DNA from: the human T2T-CHM13v2.0 reference genome, Homo sapiens | Length of the DNA: 64,000 nt | NCBI RefSeq assembly: GCF_009914755.1 | Contig: NC_060927.1 | Strand: one strand, 5' to 3' | Part shown: positions 22,581-40,208 of the stretch, piece by piece | How positions within the stretch are numbered: position 1 is the first letter of the stretch | Layout: every line of letters begins with the position of its first letter | Notes under the pieces: generated by a model | Database searches by the model: none | The model's input: the letters and a program-made list of their open reading frames with translations, nothing else | Told to the model about the DNA's origin: nothing | Program-made: the position numbers and the translations under genes

Positions 22581-25304
22581 GAGCAGACTATCACTTTGCA
22601 GCTACAGATGCTGTATAACGAAGGTCTGGTCCATATAAATTACCAAAATTGACTCAATGGGGATGACCACAATTCTGAATTCCTAAGCTTTTGATCTCAT
22701 GAAAACTAAAACAGGAGCCTTGACCAGAATGGTTGTTACAGCAGGTTCACATATTGAATGTTTGCACTTGTTGTTCATATGACATTGATAATAAGTTTCC
22801 TTTTGCTTATGTTACGAGGTGTTAGGTGATAGTACAGTTTATTTGGCCCATCTTTTTTGTGTTCCTGTTGGCTGATGCAATTCAATGTTAACAATTAAGT
22901 TATTTTCAGTGAGATTCAGGGCATTCAACAAATTAATAATTCAGGTGTGAATTTTTCTGCTTATTAAAAACTTTAAAAAATTAAGGTAAAGTTAAAATCT
23001 ATGCCCTAAGTGAAAATATGAACACTCTTATACTTTGTTAGGCGAGTGGACAAGTGATTCTATGCCAAGGACATCTGAGATATATGGGAATGACTCAGGC
23101 ATAGGAGTTTTGGACTCCAGGTCAGGCGAATCTAGTTACCGGAGGGGACAGAGAACAACCGCCTCACTGAGAAACTGGGAGGGGACTGTAATTACCAGGG
23201 ACTTAGGAACAGAGCAGGGGTCAGCCAGGAACAGGAAGGTAAGGCAGACACCAGTTACTATAAACCTGGAAACTAAGGCCAAGGCAGTGGCAGGATAGAG
23301 TCAAACCAACCCTATCCTAAGCATTGACCCCAGTGTTGAAGGAAATGCTGAGCCTGGAGAGGAGGTGGGGATAGTTAAGAGACAGCCAAATTTCCAAGTC
23401 ACATTTATTGCACCAGACATATTAACTGCTTCCTCAGAATCTCAATTCCTGCCAGAAAAGACTGACAGACTACTGCTATGAAAAGAAGACCCCTTTATTT
23501 CCTGGGTCCCTGGGAAAAAAATGATGAAGACAACAAGCCTTTTGTTTGGTGTGTGCACCCGCCTTCTAACCCTGAAGTTAACCCCAGAAATCAAAACACA
23601 TTCACTTTAGAACACTGGCACATCTAAGAAGCCCAAAGTGCCTGAAGGGCATCATATAACTAAGCCCCCTTTACAAAGACTTGGCAAGTCAACACTTTGT
23701 TCTAACTTCCAAAGTAACAGTTTGAGGATCAGTTCTACATGTAAATCTGGGAACCACAAAAGGAAGTTAATCTCTGCTAGTACCAGCCTGTTGGAGACAG
23801 TCCATCCCCAAAGGCCACAGGCAGCAAGTGGCTGTGTCAGCTCAGAAGCCATACTCTTGGGGAATGTCCCACAGAACACAACACGAGGCCAAGATGCAGG
23901 CTGAAGCTAGGATTTGAGTTTCTTGGTGGCCAACTTTCATTTGTCATAGAAATAACATCCCACCTTTGTACTGTACTGCCATTTCCTCCCTCAGCACTAT
24001 GTATAAGACTCCTGTTAAAATGTTTACTGTGATTTTGAGTTGAATCCTGGTGAGAATCAAAGGACATTTTACTTCCTATCATTTTCCAAATTGAGTCCCC
24101 AGGCCTGCTATTGTCTTTCTCAAGTTTTCCAACTTGGCCTCCCTTTTTCAGTTCTTCTCTCACTTTCTACCTTTACTTTAGGTGTGCCTGCCCTCAACCC
24201 GGGACACTGGAGCTAGCACCAAAGCCTACACGGAGAGGATCAGGACATCCTGTTGAGCACCAGAACATTTCCTTCCTCAAGAAAAGGAAATACAAATGGA
24301 TTTATTCTCAGGGCTACAGATTTAGGAAAAAAAAAAAAAAAGCTGTGCTTAACACCAGGCCACTGTACAATCACCAGGACTTTTCTGGATGTGGAGCAAC
24401 TTCATTTGGTTATTTCAGAATGCTTTGTAAACACGGCAGACACGGACAAAGCGTGGTTGAAGCATTTCAGTTGTACTTGTCTCTCATTTTCTACACGTGT
24501 TTTCCCAAAAGCTGCTTTCCCAAAAGGAGCCTGGGGAGAGGCCTTAATCATCTGTTATCTCTCTTGCAGCTTCCTGCTCAGCCAGTGGCAAGATCCAAAA
24601 TATATATGAGCATTTCCTGTTCTTTCTCATTTTGTATAACCCACATGTTAGAGAGATTGAGTTGTCTGATCTAGCTCCACATAGGACTTAGGTGGCACGT
24701 GAAAACCTAAGTCCAACCACTAAATGCTCTAATTACCCCTCATCTTAACCTAGGTAAAGGATGATCTCTTTCAAGACGTAGAATGTGCTTATCTTTCCTT
24801 GGACATTCAAAACAAAACAAAACAAGAGTCTGTTTTCAAATGTCAATGTCAAATCACAATATCATTGTATGTCTTGTATCCAGAAAGGATCTTAGTGAAT
24901 ATATAGCCCAAGAGGCTTAAAGTGGGGCTGTGAATAGCTTCGGAGGAGTCTATAGCTCCCTAAATTGTGAATGATAGAAATACATCAGGGAGATGTGCTT
25001 GGGTAGGGTGTGTGGGAAGGTGGATGGCTGTTTCTCTTCCTTTCCTAGATACCTGAAAATGTAAGGAACCAGGCTAAAAATATGGAAGTTTTTGGGAAAC
25101 CTGTTTCCCTAATCTCTCTCATAATTCTGTTTTCAGTCTGAGGACAAGTTCTTGGTGCTTGCTCTTAAAGAAGAGCCTGGAAATGGAGTCGAGACTTTGC
25201 ACATAGTGAATCCTGAAAAAATGTTTGTTGAATGAGTTAACAAATGCATGAATGACTCTAGGTTGAAATGCTAGTTATTTAAGGCATTTAAATAGAAGGT
25301 TGTG

Positions 25305-26654
<1,350 letters not shown>

Positions 26655-27269
26655 TAATTTTGCTTTCTGTTTTCTGCTATGGAAAAAATCATTGACTAAT
26701 ACAAGCTTATGTGATTTGCAGGTAGTTGAAACATAATATGTATTCATGGATATTTCTTAACTCCCAAACCAACATTTAACCAAAAGATAATTTTCCTCAT
26801 AATATTCCCAGTAAGGTAGAGTTATGTACTTGTATACAATGCATTAGAGATAGTGATTTGTGTAAAAGTAATTAAGCTACAGTCTTAGAGTGAGTCAGTT
26901 GCAACACAATAACTAGAATCAAGGAACTTGAATTCCCATGCCCCTGGAGACATTATCAAGTCTCTTAGGAAATATTGTTGTGATATTGCCTAGACATTTA
27001 AATTTTCCCTCATGTTCTTCTTAATAAGATTGTGAAAGGTAGTTCCTGTTTCAAAGAACATAGTCACTTCTCTGACACAATTATTTTCCACTAAAAACAA
27101 AACGTCAAACTGAAAGGAAAAGGAATTATTTAAATAATGTTAAGTCAGTTATTTCTCTTTTTTTCCCCAAGCCAAACTGTATCCAGCTTTATAAAAGATA
27201 CTTTCCATAAACAATCATGGTATTTCAGGCAGGACATGGGCAGACAATCGTTACCGGTATACAACTTTC

Positions 27270-27585
27270 TTGTTTTTTTTTTTTTCTTTTTTTTTGAGAC
27301 GGAGTCTTGCTCTGTCGCCCAGGCTAGAGTACAGTGGCGCAGTGGCACGATCTCGGCTCACTGCAACCCTCCGCCTCCCAGGTTCAAGTGATTCCCCTGC
27401 CTCATCCTCCCGAGTAACTGGGATTACAGGCACCTGCCACCATGCCCAGCTAATTTTTTGTATTTTTAGTAGAGACAGGGTTTCACAATATTAGCCAGGA
27501 TGGTCTCGATCTCCTGACCTCGTGATCTGCCTACCTCGGCCTTCCAAAGTGCTGGGATTACAGGTGTGAGCCACCGTGGCCAGCC
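27270..27585 (-). mobile_element. Alu (AluSc-like) inserted in the HMGN2 retrocopy 3'UTR
   Basis: Full dimer with GACCTCGTGATC and TTAGCCAGGATGG diagnostics; flanked by near-duplicate TACAA(CAA)CTTTC. Confidence 0.9.
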
Positions 27586-28304
27586 TACAACAACTTTCAA
27601 ACTCCCTTCTTTAATGGATTACCAAAACCCAGGAAGTCACTATAAAACCCAATGAAGTCTTCATTCGATGCTCTCAATGGGAAGAGTATAGAATGAGGGT
27701 TGACATTTCACATTTAGCATGTTGTTTAACAGCTTTTCATGAGTCAATCCTGACTTTCAGGAAGTGAAATGCAAATGGCAGAATTTATCTGAAGATCCAC
27801 AATCTAGAAACGGAACCACTGCTCTTTTGAGGGGTGCCATCTCACTGGCATCACTGGAAAGTCCAGATTGCCTCATACACTGGTAACCAATAATTGGGGG
27901 TCAGGTCCCAACAGATGTCTGGGTTTAAGGGAGTTAAGCCTACGCTGAAAGGTGGAAAGGGAGAAGAGGACACAAAAACGAATTTGTTTTTCTATAACAC
28001 AAGGCTTTTTTGCCAAGGGGCCATCTGTGTCAAAGTCAGGGAATCCCTCCTCCTGGGAGCCAAGAGGAAGTCTCTCAAAACTAGGAGGGAAAGGTGTTTT
28101 CCCCACATCAATCCAGCTTCAGAGACATTCTGTTAGGGACATATGCCCCACCCCCTAAAACAATGAAGTGTTCTGTGTGCTAACAACAAAGCTTTAAGAA
28201 AAAAAGCAAAACAAAATTCTGCATTTTTATAAAACTTGATTAAAAAATAGTATTTCAAACTGTACAGTCACCAGAAGTACACAGTTATCAAAAATGCAGA
28301 CACT

Positions 28305-28664
<360 letters not shown>

Positions 28665-29024
28665 TCATACTGCTCCATCAGTTATTTCTTAATAAAATCA
28701 GATAACACAATCCTGGCAACTAGGAAATTGAATTTAAATTTTGAATTGCTCCAACTTTCCCCTAAGCATTGTCTAGCAGACACACCAGAAGCCCATGACT
28801 TGTTGGAATAGAAAGAATGAGTTCTGATCACTATGTTTGAGACATCTTTGTTCACATAAAGATGGAATGCAAAAAGATAGGTCCTACTTTTCTTTTAGGC
28901 TACATTTCCTTATTCATAGAAGGATGCCCTAGACTCCAGGATATGGAAAGTATTTTCTTTACCTCCATTATTCTGGACCAATGAGGGACTTTTAAAATCA
29001 TAGACTATCTAAAGAATCATGATT

Positions 29025-32317
<3,293 letters not shown>

Positions 32318-32399
32318 TAAGGAGGAAAAAAAGTATGCAGTTAGGAATTGTGGGGCTCAGAGTTTATAATAGGAGGATCCAGCTTAAGTGCATTTTCCC

Positions 32400-34600
32400 C
32401 AACCACTTAAACTATCAAAGTAATACAACATATACACAATTTTAAAAAATCAAAGTACAAAAGGACTAAGAATGAAAAGTACTCATATCCTGCCTCTATC
32501 CCACCAGAAAAATATCCAAGATCTTTCAGTCCTTTCCAGTTTTATTTCATCTGCTCTCTCTTTAGCTCTAAGCAACATGCTTATATACCTATTTTTCTAT
32601 TAGTCAATTCCAAACACTATTAAGTCTCTGATATGATAAATGAGCTACTTGTGTGTTGCTCCACTTTATCCTCCATTTATATTTTGTTAATGATAGTATT
32701 ATTTTTTCTGTTGGTGATATTTACAATTTTAAAACTTCTACTTCCAGCTCCACCATCTTATTTATTTGAGACAGAGTCTCACTCTGTCACCCTGGCTGGA
32801 GTGTGGTGGGGCCATCTCAGCTCACTGCAGCCTGTGCCTCCCAAGTTCAAGTGATTCTCCTGCCTCAGCCTTCTGAGTAGGTGGGATCACAGATGTGCGC
32901 CACCACACAGGGCTAATTTTTGCATTTTTAGTAGAGACGGGATTTCGTCATGTTGGCCAGGCTGGTCTCGAACTCCCGGCCTCAAGTGATCCACCCACCT
33001 TGGCCTCCCAAAGTGTTGAAATTACAGGTGTGAGCCACTGCACCTGGCCCACTATCTTTAAATATGATCTCTAAACTCCCTATTATGTATGAAAAAGAAA
33101 CCAACATTTCCACATCTTCCTTCAACTCTCTCTTCTCTTCTCTTCTCAGGTCTACTCCTGCCTTCTGTCAGCTCCACCACTACTTTTATATTGTCAGAAT
33201 TTACAACATGGACATTTTGCTCTACGACTGGTCATTCCTAAGTATTTAAAGTCAATAAACTGCAATTATATTGTTTTGATTATGTAAACAGGATTCACTG
33301 CAGAACAAAGTGCATCAGTTAGAAAAGGTAAATCTCTATCACTAATCTATGCCACTAGAAAGAGGATGCACCAAACATCAGGGCTGAACGATTACATCTT
33401 CAAACACTCAATTAGTGTGCTTTATATTTGGAACATAATTTTCTGCTGTTTTCCATTGCTTTTCATTTTGCTTCTTAACAAAAGAAGCACATGCCTTCAT
33501 CATAGGACTAAATTTATCCAGGTTCTTAATCCCACACTCCGTAGCATGGACTCCACTTTCTGCTTGCAGGCATTCTTCTCTGTTGGAAACCAGTTGCTCG
33601 CTTGCCCTGCCAGACAGCTGTCATTCTAGGCCTGCCCGACATTGCACTCCTGGGTTAGGACTAGTTTTTCTTGGATCCCAAGTTTTTCTCATTCTTGGAT
33701 TCCTTTGTCTTTTTACTGGCCCACTCTTGATTTTTTTTTTTTTTTTTCAGGAAAACTTTATGAGACATGAGTTTCCTGAGTTCTGACATGTCTGAATATG
33801 CGTGGCAGCTTGGCTGGGTATGGTATTCTGAGACTTATTCCTCTAAAGGTGGCACTCCACTGTCCTCTGGCCCTGAGTGTAATGGGAAGACTGGTGCTGT
33901 TCAGACGTTTGTTCTATTGTAGTTGGACTGTTGTTTGTTCTCTGGAAGCTTTCAGGATCCTCTATTAGTATTTTCTGTACTGTAAAATCAGAAGGTTATG
34001 GTTAAGTATGAGCCTATTTTTATTTCTTATGCCTGGCACCAGCATACATTTTCAGGCTGAAGACTCCTGTTCTTACCTCTAGGCAATTTTCTTCTATTAT
34101 TTCTCTCATTATATTCTCCCCTGAATTTTCTTGTCTTTCTTCTGAAAACACATAAAGTGTCAATCCAGGAACTATTAGTTGAATAGCATCCTTCCTGGAT
34201 TAGCCCTATATGTGTTTGTACTTCTAAAAATATTTTCATTTCCTTTTGTCTTTCTGCTTTACGCTTTGGGGGATTCCATTGACTGCTCCATTCAGTCCTT
34301 ATATTGATTTTTTAATTTTAGCAATTATATTTTTAATTTCCAATAATTTTCTTCATGTCACTGATTGTGCCTAATATATATATGTATGTGTATATATATG
34401 AGTGTGTATATAGATCTATACATACACATCTATATGTTGATTACATGTATATAATCAACTTATCTTATGGATAAAGTAGCTTAGATTTTGCTGTGGTCAC
34501 TATTTAGAATACAAGAAAAATTCTCTTATGTCCCCAGAATTATCTGTTTCCTATGAGGTCAGCTTTTTAAAATATCTCCTTTTAAAAGTGTTAAATTTAT
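32400..34600 (-). mobile_element. Highly diverged L1 fragments with an embedded Alu (32758-33049, -)
   Basis: T-rich strand with TTGGCTGGGTATGGTATTCT and GGAAGCTTTCAGGAT motifs typical of antisense L1M. Confidence 0.45.
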
Positions 34601-34922
34601 ACCTTCTTTTTATTTTTGAGACCGAGTCTCACTCTCAGCTCACTGCAACCTCTGCCTCCTGGGTTCAAGTGATTCTTGTGCTTCAGTCTCTCAAGTAGCT
34701 GGGATTACAGGCATGCACCACTACGCCCAGCCAAATTTATACCTTCTTTTGGTTGTTTTTCAAATAAAAGAACCACAAAAATGTGTATCAGGAAAATTGG
34801 CCATCCTTTGTCCCCAATTTCTTTTTCACATCTTCTCCAATTTTTAAAAGCATTATATTATGAAAAATTCCAAGCATATACAAAGCAAATATAGTATAAT
34901 GAACCTCATGTACCCATCACCT

Positions 34923-35262
34923 GTTGACCTAAAAGGAAGAAGCTTAGGCAAAATTAATGTAGAGAGTTTATTTAGGCCAAGGTTGAGAAGTGCAGCCCAG
35001 GACACATTTCCAGGTTGTCTTGGCGAGTGCTTCAGGGAACAAAGGAGAGGCTCAAGTTTTTAAAGAAAAAAGGATGAATCAGGAGAAAGGGACAATTGCA
35101 AAAGTTGTTCATCAGGAATGCATTGGTTTACAGAAATGAAGTGGCTTCAAGAGATAATGATTTAGTTCAAGGAAGAGTTTCATTCCATGTGTTTAATTTC
35201 AATGCCTCTCTGGGCCTGATAATTTAAAGGGGCTAGTCTTCCTCACATAAAAAACTTCTTTT
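34923..35262 (-). mobile_element. ERV1-class LTR fragment, family not assigned
   Basis: Starts TGTTGACCTAAAAGG. TTTATT (reverse poly(A) signal), TTTTTAAA and CATTGGTT follow in reverse-LTR order. Interrupts an old L1 segment. Confidence 0.55.
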
Positions 35263-36234
<972 letters not shown>

Positions 36235-36548
36235 ACTGTAGAGGTATTAATGGTATTGGGTGGTGGAGGAGAGGTGGGTATTTGAATCCAGGTGCTGTCA
36301 TTAGCTAGCTTCTTAACCATGGATGAGTTAATTTCTCTAATTTCCGTAACTGTAATTAGAGAATTAATTACAAACTTAATTACGATTTTGTAAATGTAAT
36401 TCCCTCATTTACAAAATTAGGGAAACAGTACCTCCCCATTAGGGTATTTGTAAAGACTGAGAAATAAATCACACTACGCAAGTAGTACAGGGCCTGGGAC
36501 TTACTTAATTATTTATAAGAGATCATTATTATTACTGTGGAATTCCTA

Positions 36549-37055
<507 letters not shown>

Positions 37056-37390
37056 GTAACTTCTCCTTCAAAGGAGAAACTTAGAGTAAAATAAACTGAC
37101 AGAGAATGTAACTGTAATTAAATGTTATCTGCTCATACTTGGTAGACCAGTGGTTCCCAGTACACACAGGATTTTCTCTTCCAGGTAATGCTCAAGTTAC
37201 CATATATCAGAGAAACAAATAGCTTCCATGTTTTGGAGTAGAATGTAAAAATTTCACCAAACTGAAATCTGTTGGACCTAGTTACTATACTGAACTAGTC
37301 ATGTGTTTCAAAACTGCTTACTGAATTATATATTTGTATTTAAATCCTTATTTGGAAAACCACAAAGCACTAAATATGAAAGTCATATTA

Positions 37391-37776
<386 letters not shown>

Positions 37777-38071
37777 ACAAACTACAAATCCTTGACAGCA
37801 GCCAATATCTTTGAAACACTATTTCATAATATTCTTGTTTACCACGTTTTCTTTGTGTGCCAGGTGATTAGTTATCAAAGCACGCTTATTATTAGCGCAC
37901 ACACACATACATGCACACACACAATGTAAATGAAGCGGACAGGTTTTGTTTCATTCTAAATATCTTTCTTTCTTACCTAAATGAAAAAGCCTGTTATCAA
38001 CTCTACCAGTATTTTAGGTTTCCTCTAACCTGTAGTTATATTTGTAATGAGTTGAAAATAGTTAACTACTT

Positions 38072-38074
<3 letters not shown>

Positions 38075-38114
<40 letters not shown>

Positions 38115-38392
38115 AGACGGAGTCTTGCTCTGTCGCCCAGGCTGGAGTACAGTGGCGGGATCTCGGCTCACTGCAAGCTCCGCTTCCTGGGTTCACCCCA
38201 TTCTCCTGCCTCAGCCTCCCGAGCAGCCGGGACTACAGGCGCCCGCTACCACGCCCGGCTAATTTTTTTGTATTTTTAGTAGAGACGGGGTTTCACCGCG
38301 TTAGCCAGGATGGTCTCGATCCTGACCTCCTGATCCGCCTGCCTCGGCCTCCCAAAGTGCTGGGATTATAGGCGTGAGCCACCGCGCCCGGC
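38075..38392 (-). mobile_element. AluY, CpG-rich, 39-nt pure tail
   Basis: T39 at 38075-38113; AluY diagnostics; many CpGs retained. Confidence 0.92.
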
Positions 38393-39339
38393 AGGTAACA
38401 TTCTTTAGTTCTTTCAATCTTGCCTATGATTTAAAGAAGTGCATTCCAGTCTGCTTGCATGGTGCTTTGCTATTTCTAATACTCATTTCATGCCAAACTC
38501 TCCAACATGCTTCTACAAATCTTTTGGTGTCATTAGCTCAAAACGTAAATGGATTTTGGTTATTTTCAATGTCATAATTATAAATTTAGCTTTTTTAAGC
38601 GTGAAAAAAGCACTTTATAGGAATATATTTTACCACTTTTCCATTTGTGGGAGGTATAATTCATTATTTCTTGCTTTGGTAAGAAAAGTGAGGAAAAAGG
38701 AAAATTCATCCATTTGCAGGCTGTTTAAACTTCCAGACAGATTATAATTCATCACTCCAAACAATAAGATGGCTATTACATTTCTCCATAATTTTTATTT
38801 GCTAATAAAACGGAGGCAGAGCTTTTTTCTAAAAATAAATAAATAAACAACAACAACAACAACCTCCCCCACCCCGCACCTTCTGTGCAAATTCCTATAA
38901 AGTCTTTTATCCTGTCGCTGAGTCTGAGGGCACCCCCCCTCCCGTACTCGTCAGCTCCATCTCGCGGAGGAAAACGCTACCGGCACCCTCAGCTCCGCCC
39001 AAGGGCCGCGATCTCTACAGGGGAGATGAAAAGCCGGCGACACTACACAGGCGTGGACCCTCCAACGAGTGTTCCTTTCCTGTGGGTTAAGAGTAGGAGC
39101 GTCTGGGCAAAAGCTGGGAGCTTTCAGTTGCCAGGACCCTTGGGAAAGCACGTATTTAGATTTCATTGATAAATTCAACTGAATCCCGAGAAAAATTATA
39201 CTCCATTCACTGGCATATTTAGAACGGAATTCCCATTGACCCGAGGCTCCCGGTTGAACCCTTCAAGGGAGCCAAGCGAGGACGTTCTCAGAACAGCAGT
39301 GCACCGTGTACATTGTGGGAGCCCCGCGCGATCCCCCGC

Positions 39340-39467
39340 AGAGCGTCCTGTAGGAACGTCACAGAGCCCAGAGAGCGTCCTGTAGGAACGTCACAGAGCC
39401 CAGAGAGCGTCCTGTAGGAACGTCACAGAGCCCAGAGAGCGTCCTGTAGGAACGTCACAGAGCCCAG
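39340..39467 (+). repeat. Minisatellite, 4 perfect copies of a 32-bp unit
   Basis: Unit AGAGCGTCCTGTAGGAACGTCACAGAGCCCAG starts at 39340, 39372, 39404 and 39436. Confidence 0.97.
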
Positions 39468-39775
39468 AGAACGCCTGGGGACGGTCGGGGAGGCAGTTCG
39501 GGGAGGGGACGATTAAGTTCCCTCAGAGAGGAAGCCGCGGGCCGACTGGAGTCGTTTTCGTGCTCTCCGCACCCGCCCGCCGCGGGTAGCATCTTCTCAG
39601 CGCCCCGGCGCCCAGGAACGCCCAGGAAACCCAGTCCTCCTCCTAAGCAACCTGCGGCGCGGGGACGCCCGCCTTTTGCTATTATTATAAACGTGCGTGC
39701 GACTAAACCTTCGGATTTTTAGACTTTCTTCTCGCTTCCTCTGACCCAGGCTGAGGGAGCCCCCGAGGCTACTGC

Positions 39776-39800
39776 GGGGCGGGGCCGGGGCGGGGTGGGG
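39776..39800 (+). promoter_or_regulatory. Tandem GC boxes (Sp/KLF) with G-quadruplex potential
   Basis: GGGGCGGGGCCGGGGCGGGGTGGGG: five G4 tracts with 1-2 nt loops. Confidence 0.75.
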
Positions 39801-39870
39801 CGCCCTCGCCGCCTCAGGCAGCGCCCCGGCCGCTGGCGGGAGGCGGCAGCGGCGCGGGCCGAGCGGCGCG

Positions 39871-39900
39871 GGGATTGGCTGCGGCGGGCGGAGACGTCAG
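39871..39900 (-). promoter_or_regulatory. Inverted CCAAT box (ATTGG 39874-39878) plus CRE-like site (GACGTCA 39893-39899)
   Basis: GGGATTGGCT matches NF-Y consensus. Reverse strand TGACGTCT is 7/8 of the palindromic CRE. Typical proximal position ~200-230 nt upstream of the ATG. Confidence 0.65.
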
Positions 39901-40099
39901 GCTCCCGCGGCCCAAGCGGCCGCCCGGCGCGGCGCGGCGCAGTCGGCTCGAGTACTCCCCGTAACGAGGAGGTGTTCTCGGCCGTCCCACCCTTCACTGC
40001 CGTCTCCGGGCTGCGCCGCCGGAGCCGGGACGCGCCTCCGCAGCCCTCGCCGCCTCCATCCCCGCGGCCGCAGCTCCTCTCGCCGTCCGCGCGCACACC

Positions 40100-40208
40100 A
40101 TGACGAAGAACGAGAAGAAGTCCCTCAACCAGAGCCTGGCCGAGTGGAAGCTCTTCATCTACAACCCGACCACCGGAGAATTCCTGGGGCGCACCGCCAA
40201 GAGCTGGG
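40100..40208 (+). CDS. ATP1B3: Na+/K+-ATPase beta-3 subunit, coding part of exon 1 (109 nt, phase-1 intron follows; exon 2 not seen in window)
   Basis: Translation [37 protein letters not shown] is the recognised ATP1B3 N-terminus with the beta-subunit WKxFIYNPxxGEFLGRT motif. Kozak context ACACCATGA; splice donor G|GTGAGC at 40208/40209. The ORF-track extension to 40333 is intronic read-through. Confidence 0.97.

Noticed and set aside
22990-23340. Purine-rich segment that might be an ancient LTR
   Set aside because: Could not identify termini, TSD or family with confidence.
24111-24674. 187-aa ORF in non-Alu sequence
   Set aside because: Non-ATG start, crosses a poly-A run, no recognisable homology or exon structure.
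26891-26910. Isolated AP-1 motif TGAGTCA (others near 41305 and 47501)
   Set aside because: Heptamers occur by chance several times in 64 kb; no clustering or other support.
39340-39467. 32-bp repeats resembling CRISPR repeat length
   Set aside because: Units are contiguous with no spacers, there are no cas genes, and the context is eukaryotic.
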